Part shown: in pieces, positions 11,539 to 25,317 of the stretch
Position numbering within the stretch: position 1 is the stretch's first letter
Layout of the letters: the number at the start of each line of letters is the position of its first letter
Assembly (NCBI GenBank): GCA_963828255.1
Contig: CAWHDZ010000038.1
Span: 1-64,000 of the forward strand
DNA: 64,000 nucleotides
Direction: 5' to 3'
Source of the DNA: an uncultured delta proteobacterium
Lineage (GTDB): Bacteria; Myxococcota; Myxococcia; Myxococcales; Anaeromyxobacteraceae
Notes under the pieces: model-generated
Seen by the model: the letters and a program-made list of their open reading frames with translations, nothing else
Told to the model about the DNA's origin: nothing
The model's database searches: none
Translations under genes and position numbers: made by a program

Positions 11539-11943
11539 GCGGGGACCGGGGACCCGCTCGTGGCCGAGGCCACCACGTCGCCTTCGACCACGGTCCAGGT
11601 CGCGGCGGTGGTGACTGCCGGCCTTCTCTCGTCGACGCCTGCCCCCGTGCCCGTCGACGCCACGTTCTCGATCACCCTGCTGCTCTCGAAGACCGGGGAG
11701 GCGCGGGCCACCGTGAACGCGGCATCGCTCACCGGGCCCGGGATCCGGTGCACCGATCCGCTCCTTCCCGTCACCGACATCCCGGGCAGCCTGGCGGTCA
11801 CCTGGACGGCCTGCGATGCGTTCCCGAACGCCCGCCAGGTGCCCATCCAGGCCACGGTCACCTGGGTGGACCAGAACGACCCGGGGCGAGAGTGGACGAC
11901 CGCCCCGGTGAACGGGATCATCGACGTCGCACCGCCCCCTTAG
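11539..11943 (+). pseudogene. 3' fragment of a beta-rich (Ig-like) secreted protein
   Basis: Thr/Val/Pro-rich beta-strand pattern with a Cys pair and GC-rich codons; no credible start. Confidence 0.4.
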
Positions 11944-12038
11944 ACGCTTGGAACCCCTCGGCGGCGCCGTTCCAGCCCCCAGGTTCCGCCCTCGGCGAGC
12001 ATTGCGCCGCCCGAAGGCGGCGCTGATAAGATGCACCC

Positions 12039-13181
12039 GTGCCCCGCCGCGCCCTGGGAAAGACCCGCCGCCTCGTCGTCAAGGTCGGCACCGGCACCCT
12101 CACCGACGCGGCCGGCAGGTTCGACCGCAAGAACTGCGAGCGGCTCGCCTCCGAGCTCGCCGAGCAGGCCCGAACCCGGAGCGTCGTCCTCGTCTCCTCC
12201 GGCGCCATCGCGCTGGGGGCCGACCGGCTGGGGCTGGTCCGCTCGCCGCGCAAGTCATGGGACATCGCCACCAAGCAGGCGGCCGCCGCCGTCGGGCAGC
12301 CCGACCTCATGGCCGAGTGGGGGCGCGCGCTGGGCGCCCACGGGCGGATCGTCGCGCAGGTGCTCCTCACCGCCGACGACCTGGCAAGCCGCAGGCGCTT
12401 CCTGAACGCCCGCCACACCTTCGAGGCCCTCATCGCCCGCGGCGTCGTCCCGGTCGTGAACGAGAACGACACCGTGGCGGTCGAGGAGATCAAGGTGGGC
12501 GACAACGACAGCCTGGCGGCGCTCGTCGCCACCTGCGTGGGGGCGGACCTCGTGGCCCTGCTCACCGACGTCGAGGGGCTCTACGACCGGGACCCGCGCC
12601 ACCCTGCCGCGAATCTCCTCTCCGACGTGGTCCGCGTCACCTCCGAGGTGGAGCGGATGGCGGGCGGGGCCGGCAGCGAGATCAGCGTCGGAGGCATGAC
12701 CACCAAGGTCGCCGCGGCGAAGCGGCTCGCGGCCCAGGGGGTGGGCACGGCGCTCCTCTCCGGGCGGCGTCCTGGGGCCCTGGCCGCGCTCCTGGCCGGG
12801 GAGCCGGTCGGGACCTACATCCGCCCGGGGTCGGAGCGGCGGGCCGGCCGGCGGGAGTGGCTCTCCCTGGCCGCCCGGGGCAAGGGCACCATCCTCGTGG
12901 ACGCAGGGGCCCGGAAGGCCCTCTCCGAGCAGGGCAAGAGCCTGCTCCCCTCCGGGATCCGCGGGGTGGAGGGCAGCTTCGGGATCGGCGACCCGGTGGA
13001 CATCGGGGTGGCCGGCGAGCCACCGTTCGCACGCGGCCTGGCGGGATACGGCGCCGACGAGGTGCGCCGGATCGCGGGCTTGAAGTCGAGCGAGATCGAG
13101 CGGACGTTGGGCTATAAGTACCTGGACGAGGTGGTCCACCGGAACGACATGGTCCTCACCGACCCCGAGGCGACGCGATGA
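12039..13181 (+). CDS. proB: Glutamate 5-kinase
   Basis: [33 protein letters not shown] motifs and a C-terminal PUA domain. Confidence 0.97.
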   Translation: MPRRALGKTRRLVVKVGTGTLTDAAGRFDRKNCERLASELAEQARTRSVVLVSSGAIALGADRLGLVRSPRKSWDIATKQAAAAVGQPDLMAEWGRALGAHGRIVAQVLLTADDLASRRRFLNARHTFEALIARGVVPVVNENDTVAVEEIKVGDNDSLAALVATCVGADLVALLTDVEGLYDRDPRHPAANLLSDVVRVTSEVERMAGGAGSEISVGGMTTKVAAAKRLAAQGVGTALLSGRRPGALAALLAGEPVGTYIRPGSERRAGRREWLSLAARGKGTILVDAGARKALSEQGKSLLPSGIRGVEGSFGIGDPVDIGVAGEPPFARGLAGYGADEVRRIAGLKSSEIERTLGYKYLDEVVHRNDMVLTDPEATR

Positions 13182-14461
13182 GCGGGCCGCACCCCGGCCT
13201 CGCCCTGCGCATGCGCAACCTGGCGGCCGGGTCGAGGCGGGCCTCCCGGGTCCTGGCCCGCGCCTCCACCGGGCAGAAGGACCAGGCGCTCCGCGCCGCC
13301 GCCGCGGCCCTCTCCGCGCACGCCCCCGCCATCCTGGAAGCCAACCGCGCCGACCTGGCCGCCGCCGGCGGGGCCGGGGCCACCGAGGCCTTCCTCGACC
13401 GGCTCCGCCTCGACGCGGGGCGGCTCGACGCCCTCGCCGCGGCCATCCTCGAGGTGGCCGCACTCCCCGATCCGGTGGGGCGCGTCACCGCGAGCTGGAG
13501 CCGCCCAAACGGACTCTCGGTGAAGAAGGTGCGCATCCCGCTGGGCGTGGTGCTCATGGTCTACGAGGCCCGGCCCAACGTCACCGCCGAGGCCGCTGCA
13601 CTCTGCGTGAAGAGCGGCAACGCCTGCATCCTGCGCCCCGGCTCCGACGCGCTGGCCACCTCGCTGGCGCTCGGCGCCGCCTTCGCCGACGGGCTCGAGG
13701 CGGCCGGCCTCCCCCCCGAGGCCGCCCAGGTGGTTCCGGTGGCCGACCGGGAGGCCACCTTCGAGTTGCTCGCCCTCGACGACCTCATCGACCTGGCCAT
13801 CCCGCGCGGCGGACCCGGGCTCATCCGGGCCGTGGCCGAGCGCTCCCGGGTGCCGGTGGTCAAGCACTACCAGGGGATCTGCCACCTCTTCCTCGACGAG
13901 ACGGCCAGCGAGGCCGACTCCGTGGCCATCGCGGTGAACGGCAAGGTGCAGCGCCCCGGCGTCTGCAATGCCACAGAGTGCCTCCTCGTCCACCGCGCCG
14001 CCGCCGAGCGGCTGCTCCCCGCGGTGGGGCGGGCGCTGGCCGCCGAGCAGGTCGAGCTGCGCTGCGACCCCACCGCGCTCGCCATCCTCTCCCGCGCCGG
14101 GGTGCCCTGCGTGGCGGCCTCCGAGGCCGACTTCGGCAAGGAGTTCCTCGACAAGATCCTGGCCGTCCGCGTGGTGGGCGACCTCGACGGCGCGCTGGCC
14201 CACATCGAGCGCCACGGCTCGCTCCACACCGAGGCCATCGTCACCAACGACCTGGCCGCCGCCCGCCGCTTCGAGCGGGAGGTGGAGGCGAGCGCCGTGA
14301 TCGTCAACGCATCCACGCGCTTCAACGACGGCGGCGAGCTCGGGCTCGGCGCCGAGATCGGCATCAGCACCACCAAGCTGCACGCGTTCGGCCCCATGGG
14401 GCTCGAGGAGCTCACCACGCAGAAGTACGTGGTCGAGGGGCGCGGAAACGTCCGCACGTGA
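13178..14461 (+). CDS. proA: Gamma-glutamyl phosphate reductase
   Basis: [27 protein letters not shown] and [18 protein letters not shown] motifs; overlaps the proB stop. Confidence 0.97.
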   Translation: MSGPHPGLALRMRNLAAGSRRASRVLARASTGQKDQALRAAAAALSAHAPAILEANRADLAAAGGAGATEAFLDRLRLDAGRLDALAAAILEVAALPDPVGRVTASWSRPNGLSVKKVRIPLGVVLMVYEARPNVTAEAAALCVKSGNACILRPGSDALATSLALGAAFADGLEAAGLPPEAAQVVPVADREATFELLALDDLIDLAIPRGGPGLIRAVAERSRVPVVKHYQGICHLFLDETASEADSVAIAVNGKVQRPGVCNATECLLVHRAAAERLLPAVGRALAAEQVELRCDPTALAILSRAGVPCVAASEADFGKEFLDKILAVRVVGDLDGALAHIERHGSLHTEAIVTNDLAAARRFEREVEASAVIVNASTRFNDGGELGLGAEIGISTTKLHAFGPMGLEELTTQKYVVEGRGNVRT

Positions 14462-14477
14462 GGGAGGAATCGCAAGC

Positions 14478-15125
14478 ATGGCGAAGGCGACGAAGGGCAG
14501 GAAGCCGGCGAAGTCGAAGGGCGCACCCGCGAAGAAGGGATTCGCGAAGCGGGCCGGGGCGAAGGCCGGACCGGCAGGCAAGGGCAAGGGATCCGGGAAG
14601 AAGTTCTTCGTCGGAAAGGCGGCCAGGCCGGCGCTGGGGAGGAAGGTCGACCCGGCGGCCAAGGGCGGCCGCCCGGGCCTGAAGCGGGAGGCGCTGCGCC
14701 CCGGGGCGAAGGTCCCGCCGCGGAAGGCTCCCGCCCCGGCGGCGCCGGTCTCCGCGCCCGTCGTGGCCAGGAAGCTCCCGCCCGACGACGGGCAGCTGCG
14801 GGCCCTCGCCGCCGTGGCGGCCGGCGCCGACAAGAAGTCGGAGAACCCGGTGGTCCTCGACGTGCGCGGCCTCTCCGGCGTGGCCGACTACTTCGTGCTC
14901 CTCTCCGCGGACAGCGACCGCCAGGCCGCGGCCGTGGCCGACGAGGTGGACGACCGGCTCACCGGAATGGGTGCGCAGCGGCTCGGCGCCGAGGGGCGCA
15001 GCGGCGGCGGCTGGGTGCTCCTCGACTTCGGCGACGTGGTGGTCCACGTCATGTCGCCCGAGGCACGCGGCTTCTACGACCTGGAAGGTCTCTGGGCCGA
15101 CGCGCCGCGCGTGCCGGTCCCGTAG
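14478..15125 (+). CDS. rsfS: Ribosome silencing factor with ~95-aa Lys/Ala/Pro-rich N-terminal extension
   Basis: DKK.ENPVVLDV...ADYFV, WVLLDFGDVVVHVM and R.FYDLEGLW motifs; GGAGG RBS. Confidence 0.92.
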   Translation: MAKATKGRKPAKSKGAPAKKGFAKRAGAKAGPAGKGKGSGKKFFVGKAARPALGRKVDPAAKGGRPGLKREALRPGAKVPPRKAPAPAAPVSAPVVARKLPPDDGQLRALAAVAAGADKKSENPVVLDVRGLSGVADYFVLLSADSDRQAAAVADEVDDRLTGMGAQRLGAEGRSGGGWVLLDFGDVVVHVMSPEARGFYDLEGLWADAPRVPVP

Positions 15126-15143
15126 TCCCGGAAGGGAGGCCCC

Positions 15144-16808
15144 GTGCAAGCACTCATCGCCGGCCTCCTCCTCGCCGCGCTTCCTCCTGCCGACGTCATC
15201 TACACCGACGGTCCCATCCTCTCCATGGTGCAAGGGCAGCCCGCGCCCGGGGCGCTGGCGGTGCGCAACGGGCGCATCGCCGCGGTGGGGAAGAAGTCCG
15301 AGGTGATGAAGCTCAGCGGCCCGGGGACGAAGGTGGTCGTCCTGGGCAAGCGCGCGCTCCTCCCCGGCTTCATCGACCCCCACTCCCACTTCCTGGCCGC
15401 GGTCGTCGTCGCGGACTGGGCCAACGTCTCGCTCCCGCCGGTCGGTCCGGTGAGGTCCATCCCCGACATCCTGACCGCGCTCCGCAAGCAGGCGGCCCGC
15501 CAGAAGGCGAAGCCCGGGGACTGGGTCATCGGCTACGGCTACGACTCCATCGGTCTCGCCGAGAGGCGGGACATCACCCGGCGTGACATCGACGCGGCCT
15601 TCCCCGAGAACCCGGTCATGCTCCTGCACGTGTCCGGGCACGGCGCGGTCTTCGACTCGAAGGCGCTCGAGCTCCTGCAGGTCGGGCCCGACACGCCCAC
15701 CCCGCCCGGGGGGATCATCGTCCGCGAGCCGGGAGGCAACCAGCCGGCCGGGCTGGTGATGGAGACGGCCTTCCTCCCGCTCGAGCCCAAGCTTCCCATG
15801 CCGCCCCCGGCGGTCCTGGCCGAGTCGCTCGGGCCGGCGCAGCAGCGCTACTTCGCCCAGGGGTACACGGTGGCCACCGAGGGCGCCACGCCCATCGAGG
15901 CCATCGCCGCGCTGCGCACCGCCGCGCGCCGGGGGATGCTCATCCTCGACGTGATCGTGCTGCCGGAGATCCACTCGGCCCCGAAGATGGCGGGGAAGCC
16001 CGAGTTCGCCTTCGGCGTGAACGTGGACCACGTCAAGATCGGCGGGCTCAAGGCGATCGTGGACGGCTCTCCCCAGGGGGGAACCGGCTACTACACGAAG
16101 CCCTACCTCGTCCCCGGTCCGTCCGGACAGTCGCCCTGGCGCGGCCAGCCTTCGGTCACCGCCGAGGATCTCGCCACCGCATTGCGCGTGACCCAGGCCG
16201 GCGGGGGGCAACTCTTCACCCACGCCAACGGCGACGCCGCCATCGACATGGTCATCCAGGCCCAGGAGGGCGCCGGGCTCCTCGCCCGGGACGACGCGCG
16301 CACCGTGGTGGTCCACAGCCAGTTCGCCCGCCCCGACCAGCTCGACGCCTACGTCCGGCTGGGGATGGTGCCGTCCTTCTTCACCAACCACACGTTCTAC
16401 TGGGGCGACGACTACCCCGCGCTCCTCGGCCCGGAGCGGGGGCAGGCCATCAGCCCGGCCGCCTCCGCGGTGACGCGCGGGATCCGGTTCACCAACCACA
16501 CCGACTTCCTGGTGACCCCCCTCGACTCGATGTTCACGGTCTGGACGGCGGTGAACCGCCTGAGCAAGTCGGGCAAGGTGATCGGTCCCGAGGAGCGGAT
16601 CCCGGTGATGCGGGCGCTCCGGGCCATCACCGCCGACGCGGCCTACCAGTACCGCGAGGAGGGGGAGCGGGGGACGCTCGAGGTGGGCAAGGTCGCCGAC
16701 CTGGTCCTCCTCTCCGAGAACCCGCTCCGGATGGACCCCCAGCGGCTGCGCGAGGTGAAGGTCGTCGAGACGGTGAAGGGCGGGAAGACGGTCTTCCGCA
16801 GGCGGTGA
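15144..16808 (+). CDS. Amidohydrolase 3 (YtcJ-like), probably exported
   Basis: PGFIDPHSH, K...DGS, HANGD and G.LEVGKVADLV motifs. Confidence 0.88.
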   Translation: MQALIAGLLLAALPPADVIYTDGPILSMVQGQPAPGALAVRNGRIAAVGKKSEVMKLSGPGTKVVVLGKRALLPGFIDPHSHFLAAVVVADWANVSLPPVGPVRSIPDILTALRKQAARQKAKPGDWVIGYGYDSIGLAERRDITRRDIDAAFPENPVMLLHVSGHGAVFDSKALELLQVGPDTPTPPGGIIVREPGGNQPAGLVMETAFLPLEPKLPMPPPAVLAESLGPAQQRYFAQGYTVATEGATPIEAIAALRTAARRGMLILDVIVLPEIHSAPKMAGKPEFAFGVNVDHVKIGGLKAIVDGSPQGGTGYYTKPYLVPGPSGQSPWRGQPSVTAEDLATALRVTQAGGGQLFTHANGDAAIDMVIQAQEGAGLLARDDARTVVVHSQFARPDQLDAYVRLGMVPSFFTNHTFYWGDDYPALLGPERGQAISPAASAVTRGIRFTNHTDFLVTPLDSMFTVWTAVNRLSKSGKVIGPEERIPVMRALRAITADAAYQYREEGERGTLEVGKVADLVLLSENPLRMDPQRLREVKVVETVKGGKTVFRRR

Positions 16809-16821
16809 GCCCAGATTTCCC

Positions 16822-16835
16822 TTGACCCCCGTCAA
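16822..16835. promoter_or_regulatory. Crp/Fnr-type palindrome upstream of PFOR
   Basis: TTGAC-CCCC-GTCAA (FNR consensus is TTGAT-N4-ATCAA); a TAGAAT -10-like hexamer lies at 16903-16908. Confidence 0.5.
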
Positions 16836-16958
16836 CGACCGTTGGCGGCGCCGCCGCGACCGATTGCGTCTTCCTGAGGGGCACATCCCGCCGGGGCCGG
16901 GGTAGAATGGCCGCCCTTCAAGAACCACCCAACGCACGGTCCGAACGCCGGAGGACTC

Positions 16959-20579
<3,621 letters not shown>

Positions 20580-20581
20580 TC

Positions 20582-21331
20582 GTGGCCGGGCGCCCGCTCG
20601 TCGCCGCGGTCGTCCTGGCGCTGGCAGCCTTCTCCGGGAGCGCCCTGGCCCAGGACGCCTCCCTGCGAATGCCTCCGCCCGTGCCGGGCATGCCGCCGCC
20701 GCGCCCGCCCCGGACCATCGCGGTCTCCGGGGAGGGCAAGGTCTCGGTGGCGCCCGACTCGGCTTCGTTCAACGTGGGAGTGGAGTCCTCGGCCAAGACG
20801 GTGGGCGCCGCCACCGCCGAGGTGACGGCCCGGATGAAGGCGGTGCTCGACGCGGTGGCCCGCGCCGGCGTGGCCGCGAAGGACGTCCGGACCGTGCGCT
20901 ACGACGTCTCGATCGAGCGCCCCTGGAAGGACGGCAAGCAGCAGCCCATCTCGGGGTACCGGGTCTCCACCGCGGCCGACGTGACGGTGCGCGACCTGCC
21001 GAAGCTCGGGAAGATCCTCGACGCCGTGACCGCGGCCGGGTCGAACCAGCTCAATTCGCTGCGCATGGAGAAGCTCGATCCGAAGCCCCAGCAGCTGGAG
21101 GCGCTGGCGCTGGCCTACGCGGCGGCGCGGGAGAAGGCGAAGGCCATCGCCATCGCGGCGGGGACGGAGCTCGGCGAGTTCGTGATGGTTTCCGAGCAGG
21201 GGGTCTCTCCGCGCCCGATGATGGCGCCGATGATGGCCCGCTCCATGGCGGCGGACTCGGCCCCGGTCCCGGTGGCCGAGGGGGAGCTCGAGTTCAGCGC
21301 GCGGGTCGAGGTGGTCTTCGCGGTGAGGTAG
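20582..21331 (+). CDS. SIMPL/DUF541 domain periplasmic protein
   Basis: GTG at 20582, signal peptide, TIAVSGEGKVSVAPD, AREKAKAIA and V.VVF C-terminus. Confidence 0.88.
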   Translation: MAGRPLVAAVVLALAAFSGSALAQDASLRMPPPVPGMPPPRPPRTIAVSGEGKVSVAPDSASFNVGVESSAKTVGAATAEVTARMKAVLDAVARAGVAAKDVRTVRYDVSIERPWKDGKQQPISGYRVSTAADVTVRDLPKLGKILDAVTAAGSNQLNSLRMEKLDPKPQQLEALALAYAAAREKAKAIAIAAGTELGEFVMVSEQGVSPRPMMAPMMARSMAADSAPVPVAEGELEFSARVEVVFAVR

Positions 21332-21333
21332 GG

Positions 21334-22113
21334 CTACTCCAGCACGCTGACCTCCGTCACGGCGTGCCGGTCCCTCCGCTCCCCGGCCCCCGAGGAGCGG
21401 TTGTCGCTCTCGTGCCTCGCCACCACGAGGCGGTCGCCGCTCCGCACGAAGCGGAGGCTCTCCTTCTGCTCGATCTCGAAGGTGATGATGAGGAAGATGC
21501 GCCCCTTGAGGAGGACGCGTCTCTCCGTGGCCAGGGGCACGCCGTCGGGGGCGAGCCACACCCGGGCCGTCGCCTCGACGTCCTTCACGTACTTCCGGTC
21601 CCTGGCCGCGATGGGCGGCTTCACCTGGAGGAGCAGGACCCGGGTGGGCGCGCCCTCGAAGGGCTCCACCTTGTCCTCGAGGACCTGGGCGTCATGGAGC
21701 CATCGCAGCATCTCAGGAACGGCGTCGAGGGCGCGGGCGACCGCGAGCGTGCGCAGGTCGCCGACGGCGTCGCGGGTCGGGGTGAAGGCATCGGGGTTGA
21801 GGAGCCGCGCCCGCTCCTCGGACTCGGCCCGGGCGAGAAGGGCCGGGCCCCAGGTGATCCGGAGCCCCTCGGGTCCGGCCGAGGCGGTCGCCGTCGCAGC
21901 GCCAACCGGAGGAGCCTTCTCCTCGTCGCCCTGGGTGAACGTCACCCGGTGCTCGACCCGGGCGCGGACGGGGGACGTGGCGGGCAGCCGCGCCAGCGCC
22001 CCCACCAGCTGGACCAGCGGGTCGGGCGGCGCAGGTGCCGCCGACGGAGGCGGCGCGATGGTGTCGGGCGGGGCGGCGAGGGCCAGCAACAGGAGCGCTG
22101 CGGGGAAGTTCAT
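21334..22113 (-). CDS. Hypothetical secreted protein
   Basis: Signal peptide, host-like codon usage, fills the gap between neighbours. Confidence 0.65.
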   Translation of the reverse strand: MNFPAALLLLALAAPPDTIAPPPSAAPAPPDPLVQLVGALARLPATSPVRARVEHRVTFTQGDEEKAPPVGAATATASAGPEGLRITWGPALLARAESEERARLLNPDAFTPTRDAVGDLRTLAVARALDAVPEMLRWLHDAQVLEDKVEPFEGAPTRVLLLQVKPPIAARDRKYVKDVEATARVWLAPDGVPLATERRVLLKGRIFLIITFEIEQKESLRFVRSGDRLVVARHESDNRSSGAGERRDRHAVTEVSVLE

Positions 22114-22220
22114 CCCCGGGTCCTAGGGTGGAGGGATGTCTGTGGCAAGGTGGCCGGGCCCGCCCGGGGCGGCTAAGAGGGGAAGGCGCGCAACTGGAAG
22201 TACGAAAGGTGCTGACACGC

Positions 22221-22901
22221 ATGGGCCAGTTCATCCAGTTCGGCGAGCAGAAGGAGGGGTACGCGATCCCCGTCCTCAACGAGCGGGAGATCCGGGCAGC
22301 CGCCGGGATCCTCTTCGTGCTCATGTTCCTGGCGATCCTCCTGGTGATCCTCAAGGGCAACTTCCTGCTCCTCAAGTTCGCCGCCACCATCTTCCTCGTC
22401 GACATCGTCATCCGCGCCTTCGTGAACCCGCGGTTCTCGCCCACTCTCATCCTGGGGCGGCTGATCGTCCGGAACCAGGTGCCGGAGTACGTCGGCGCCC
22501 CGCAGAAGCGGTTCGCCTGGTTCATCGGCACGGGGCTCGCGACGGTGATGTTCGGCCTCCAGGTCGTGGCCAACACCTACGGCCCGATCACCGGGATCAT
22601 CTGCCTCGTCTGCCTGATCTTCCTCTTCTGCGAGTCGGCCTTCGGCATCTGCCTGGGGTGCAAGGTCTACCCCCTCTTCCACCGGGGGCCGGTGCAGCAC
22701 TGCCCCGGCGAGGTCTGCACCCCGGCCGAGCGGCAGGAGATCCAGCGGGTCTCCGCGCCCCAGATCCTCGTGCTGCTCGGGTTCGCGCTGCTGGTCGTGG
22801 TCGGCGTCCGCGTCCTCGCAGACACCTACCGCGAGCCGCCGCGGCCGCTCTTCGCGCCGCCGGCCGACCCGAACAGGTCCCGCCCGGCCTCGACGGGGTA
22901 G
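22221..22901 (+). CDS. DUF4395 family membrane protein
   Basis: NERE.RAAAG, PQKRFAW.IG and ESAFGICLGCKVY motifs. Confidence 0.85.
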   Translation: MGQFIQFGEQKEGYAIPVLNEREIRAAAGILFVLMFLAILLVILKGNFLLLKFAATIFLVDIVIRAFVNPRFSPTLILGRLIVRNQVPEYVGAPQKRFAWFIGTGLATVMFGLQVVANTYGPITGIICLVCLIFLFCESAFGICLGCKVYPLFHRGPVQHCPGEVCTPAERQEIQRVSAPQILVLLGFALLVVVGVRVLADTYREPPRPLFAPPADPNRSRPASTG

Positions 22902-23356
22902 AACTTCGCCTCGTCGCCGGCGTGCATCATCCGCAGCCCCAGGTCGGGGAAGTCGGCGATGCCGAAGTCCACCGCCTCGCCGCCGGAGAGGTAGACCAGG
23001 TCCCCCGCGCCGGTGTTCCGGAGATGGTGGGCGTGGGTGCGCGGCGGGAAGCCGGCGAAGTCGCCCGGCCCCACCGTGAAGCGCTCGTCGCCGATGCGCA
23101 GCTCCCCCTGGCCGGAGATGACGTACATCCACTCCTCGTCCACCAGGTGCACGTGGTGGACGAACGACTCCTTGCCCGGCGGGACCCGGAGGAGGTTCAC
23201 GCCCGACTTCACGAGCCCGGTGAGACGGGAGAGCGTCGTCCAGTGGATCTCGGACGCCGGGTTGAGGGGGTGACGGAACGACTCCTCCTGCGCGGCGGCG
23301 CGGTCGGCGCGGACGAGGAGGTCGCTGGGCTCGGGGTGCTTCGGGGTCGGGGCCAT
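22826..23356 (-). CDS. Cupin domain protein
   Basis: HVHLVDEEWMYVISGQG and GDFAGFP...AHHLRN cupin motifs. Confidence 0.88.
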   Translation of the reverse strand: MAPTPKHPEPSDLLVRADRAAAQEESFRHPLNPASEIHWTTLSRLTGLVKSGVNLLRVPPGKESFVHHVHLVDEEWMYVISGQGELRIGDERFTVGPGDFAGFPPRTHAHHLRNTGAGDLVYLSGGEAVDFGIADFPDLGLRMMHAGDEAKFYPVEAGRDLFGSAGGAKSGRGGSR

Positions 23357-23378
23357 GCCCGGATTGTAGGGCGGCGGG

Positions 23379-24140
23379 CTACCCGCGGGCCAGGTCCGCG
23401 CCCAGTTTCACCACGAGTACCAGGACCACGAGCAGCACCACCCAGCGCACCAGCCGGTCGCCGCCCCGCACCGCCAGGTGCGCCCCGGCGAGGCCACCGG
23501 CGAACTGCCCTGCCGCCATGGGGAGCGCCACGTTCCAGGCCACGAGGTCCCGGGACGCGAAGAGGGCCACCGCGGCCAGGTTGGAGGCGAAGTTCACCAC
23601 CTTGGCGTCGGCGGAGGCCTCGCGCATCCCGGCGCCGAAGAAGATCACGAACGCGAAGATGAGGAAGGTGCCGGTCCCGGGGCCGAAGAACCCGTCGTAC
23701 GCCCCGATGACGAGCGCGATGGAGGCGGCCACGGCGAGCGAGCGGTGCGCGCTGGCCCGGGGACCGGCGGGCGCGGCTGGCCGGAAGGTCAGCACGACCG
23801 CCACCACCACGAGCAGCCCCAGGACCACCGGGCGGAGCAGGGCAGGCGGCACGAGCAGCACCAGCGCCGCGCCCGCCAGCGACCCGAGCAGGCCGGCCGG
23901 GAAGGTGACCCGCGCCACGCGGCCGTCCACGAGCCCGGCCCGGGCGTACCGGAGCAGCGCCGCCCCGGAGCCGAAGACGCTCTGCCCCTTGTTGGTGCCG
24001 AGCGCCAGCGCCGGCGGCAGCCCGGCGGCGAGCAGGGCCGGCAGCGTGATGAGGCCGCCCCCGCCGGCGATGGCGTCCACCGTCCCGGCCACGAAGGAGG
24101 CGACGACGAGGAGCGCGAGCGCGGGGAGGGAGACGTCCAA
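23379..24140 (-). CDS. TSUP (TauE/SafE, YfcA-like) transporter
   Basis: DAIAGGGGLITLPALL, GTNK and YDGFFGPGTGTFL motifs. Confidence 0.92.
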   Translation of the reverse strand: MDVSLPALALLVVASFVAGTVDAIAGGGGLITLPALLAAGLPPALALGTNKGQSVFGSGAALLRYARAGLVDGRVARVTFPAGLLGSLAGAALVLLVPPALLRPVVLGLLVVVAVVLTFRPAAPAGPRASAHRSLAVAASIALVIGAYDGFFGPGTGTFLIFAFVIFFGAGMREASADAKVVNFASNLAAVALFASRDLVAWNVALPMAAGQFAGGLAGAHLAVRGGDRLVRWVVLLVVLVLVVKLGADLARG

Positions 24141-24188
24141 GCGCCGCGGAATCTATCAGCAGTGGATGGCCTGGATCGACCGGCTCCG

Positions 24189-24659
24189 TCAGCCCTCGGA
24201 CCTGGCCGCCGGCGCGGCCGCGGCGACGAGCGGCCCGCCGTAGGTCTCGGCCATGAGGTGCGAGGAGACGATGAAGTCGGCGGTGGCCCGGTTGCAGGCG
24301 GTGGGGATGTTGTAGAGCACCGCGATGCGGAGCAGGGCCTTCACGTCGGTGTCGTGGGGCTGCGGCTCGAGCGGGTCCCAGAAGAAGATGAGGACGTCGA
24401 GCTTGCCCTCGGCGATGAGCGCGCCCAGCTGCTGGTCGCCTCCCAGCGGTCCGGAGAGCAGCCGCTGGACGTCGAGCCCGAGCCGGCTGTGGATGAGCTT
24501 GCCGGTCGTCCCGGTCCCGAAGAGCTCATGACGGGAGAGCGTGCCCTGGTTGAAGCGGGCCCAGTCGAGCAGGTCCTCCTTCTTGTTGTCGTGGGCCACC
24601 AGCGCGACGCGCTTGCGGACCTCCATGGAGGGCACTGTGGTCTTCGGCGTCGGGGTCAT
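24189..24659 (-). CDS. mgsA: Methylglyoxal synthase
   Basis: [23 protein letters not shown] and [18 protein letters not shown] motifs. Confidence 0.96.
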   Translation of the reverse strand: MTPTPKTTVPSMEVRKRVALVAHDNKKEDLLDWARFNQGTLSRHELFGTGTTGKLIHSRLGLDVQRLLSGPLGGDQQLGALIAEGKLDVLIFFWDPLEPQPHDTDVKALLRIAVLYNIPTACNRATADFIVSSHLMAETYGGPLVAAAAPAARSEG

Positions 24660-24693
24660 GCGGGGGATCATGTCCGGGATTAGGCTCCCGTGC

Positions 24694-25308
24694 ATGGCGA
24701 TCCCGGTACGGATCTGGTCCGACTTCGTCTGACCCTTCTGCTTCGTCGCGGAGCAGGGCAGCCTGGTCAGGCTGCAGGCAGACTTCGACGTGGCCCTCGA
24801 CTGGCGCGGCTTCGAGCTGCACCCGGGGATCCCCGTGGGCGGCATGCCCCTCGAGGAGATGTTCGGCGCCGAGCGGGTGCGGAAGATGCGCCCGTATCTC
24901 GTCGACTTCGCCAGAGCGCAGGGGGTCCCCGGCATGGTGGTCCCCGCCCACAAGCCCAACACCCGCAAGGCGCTGGCCATCGCCGAGTGGGCGCGCGGGC
25001 AGGGCAGGCTCCACGAGGTCCGCACCGGGCTCATGGACGCCTACTGGCGCGAGGGGCTCGACCTCGAGGACGACGGCGTGCTTTCGCGCGTGGCGGTGGC
25101 GGCCGGGCTCGACGGCCCGGCGGCGCTGCGGGGCGGCCGCGAGCCGGGGATCCTGGAGCGGGTCGCCGACATGGGGCGCGAGGCCGCGCGCGCCGGCGTG
25201 ACCGGGATCCCCACCTTCGACATCGGCGGCGAGCGGGTGGTGGGCGCCCAGCCCTACGACGTGCTCGCCGCGGTCGCCCGGCGGGTCGCGGCGCGGCCGC
25301 CGCGCTAG
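24694..25308 (+). CDS. DsbA/FrnE-family thiol oxidoreductase, predicted selenoprotein (UGA codon 13)
   Basis: [18 protein letters not shown] continues in frame into WRGFELHP...PNTRKA...GVTGIPTF...VGAQPY; the TGA occupies the first C of CxxC. Confidence 0.88.
24758..24775 (+). promoter_or_regulatory. Putative bacterial SECIS hairpin
   Basis: GCAGCCT-GGTC-AGGCTGC perfect stem with a GGUC loop about 33 nt after the UGA; resembles the E. coli fdhF SECIS loop. Confidence 0.7.
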
Positions 25309-25317
25309 ACTGTCCCG

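Noticed and set aside
24790..25308. Pseudogene or short DsbA lacking its active site
   Set aside because: The upstream in-frame UGA aligns with the catalytic Cys and is followed by a SECIS-like stem.
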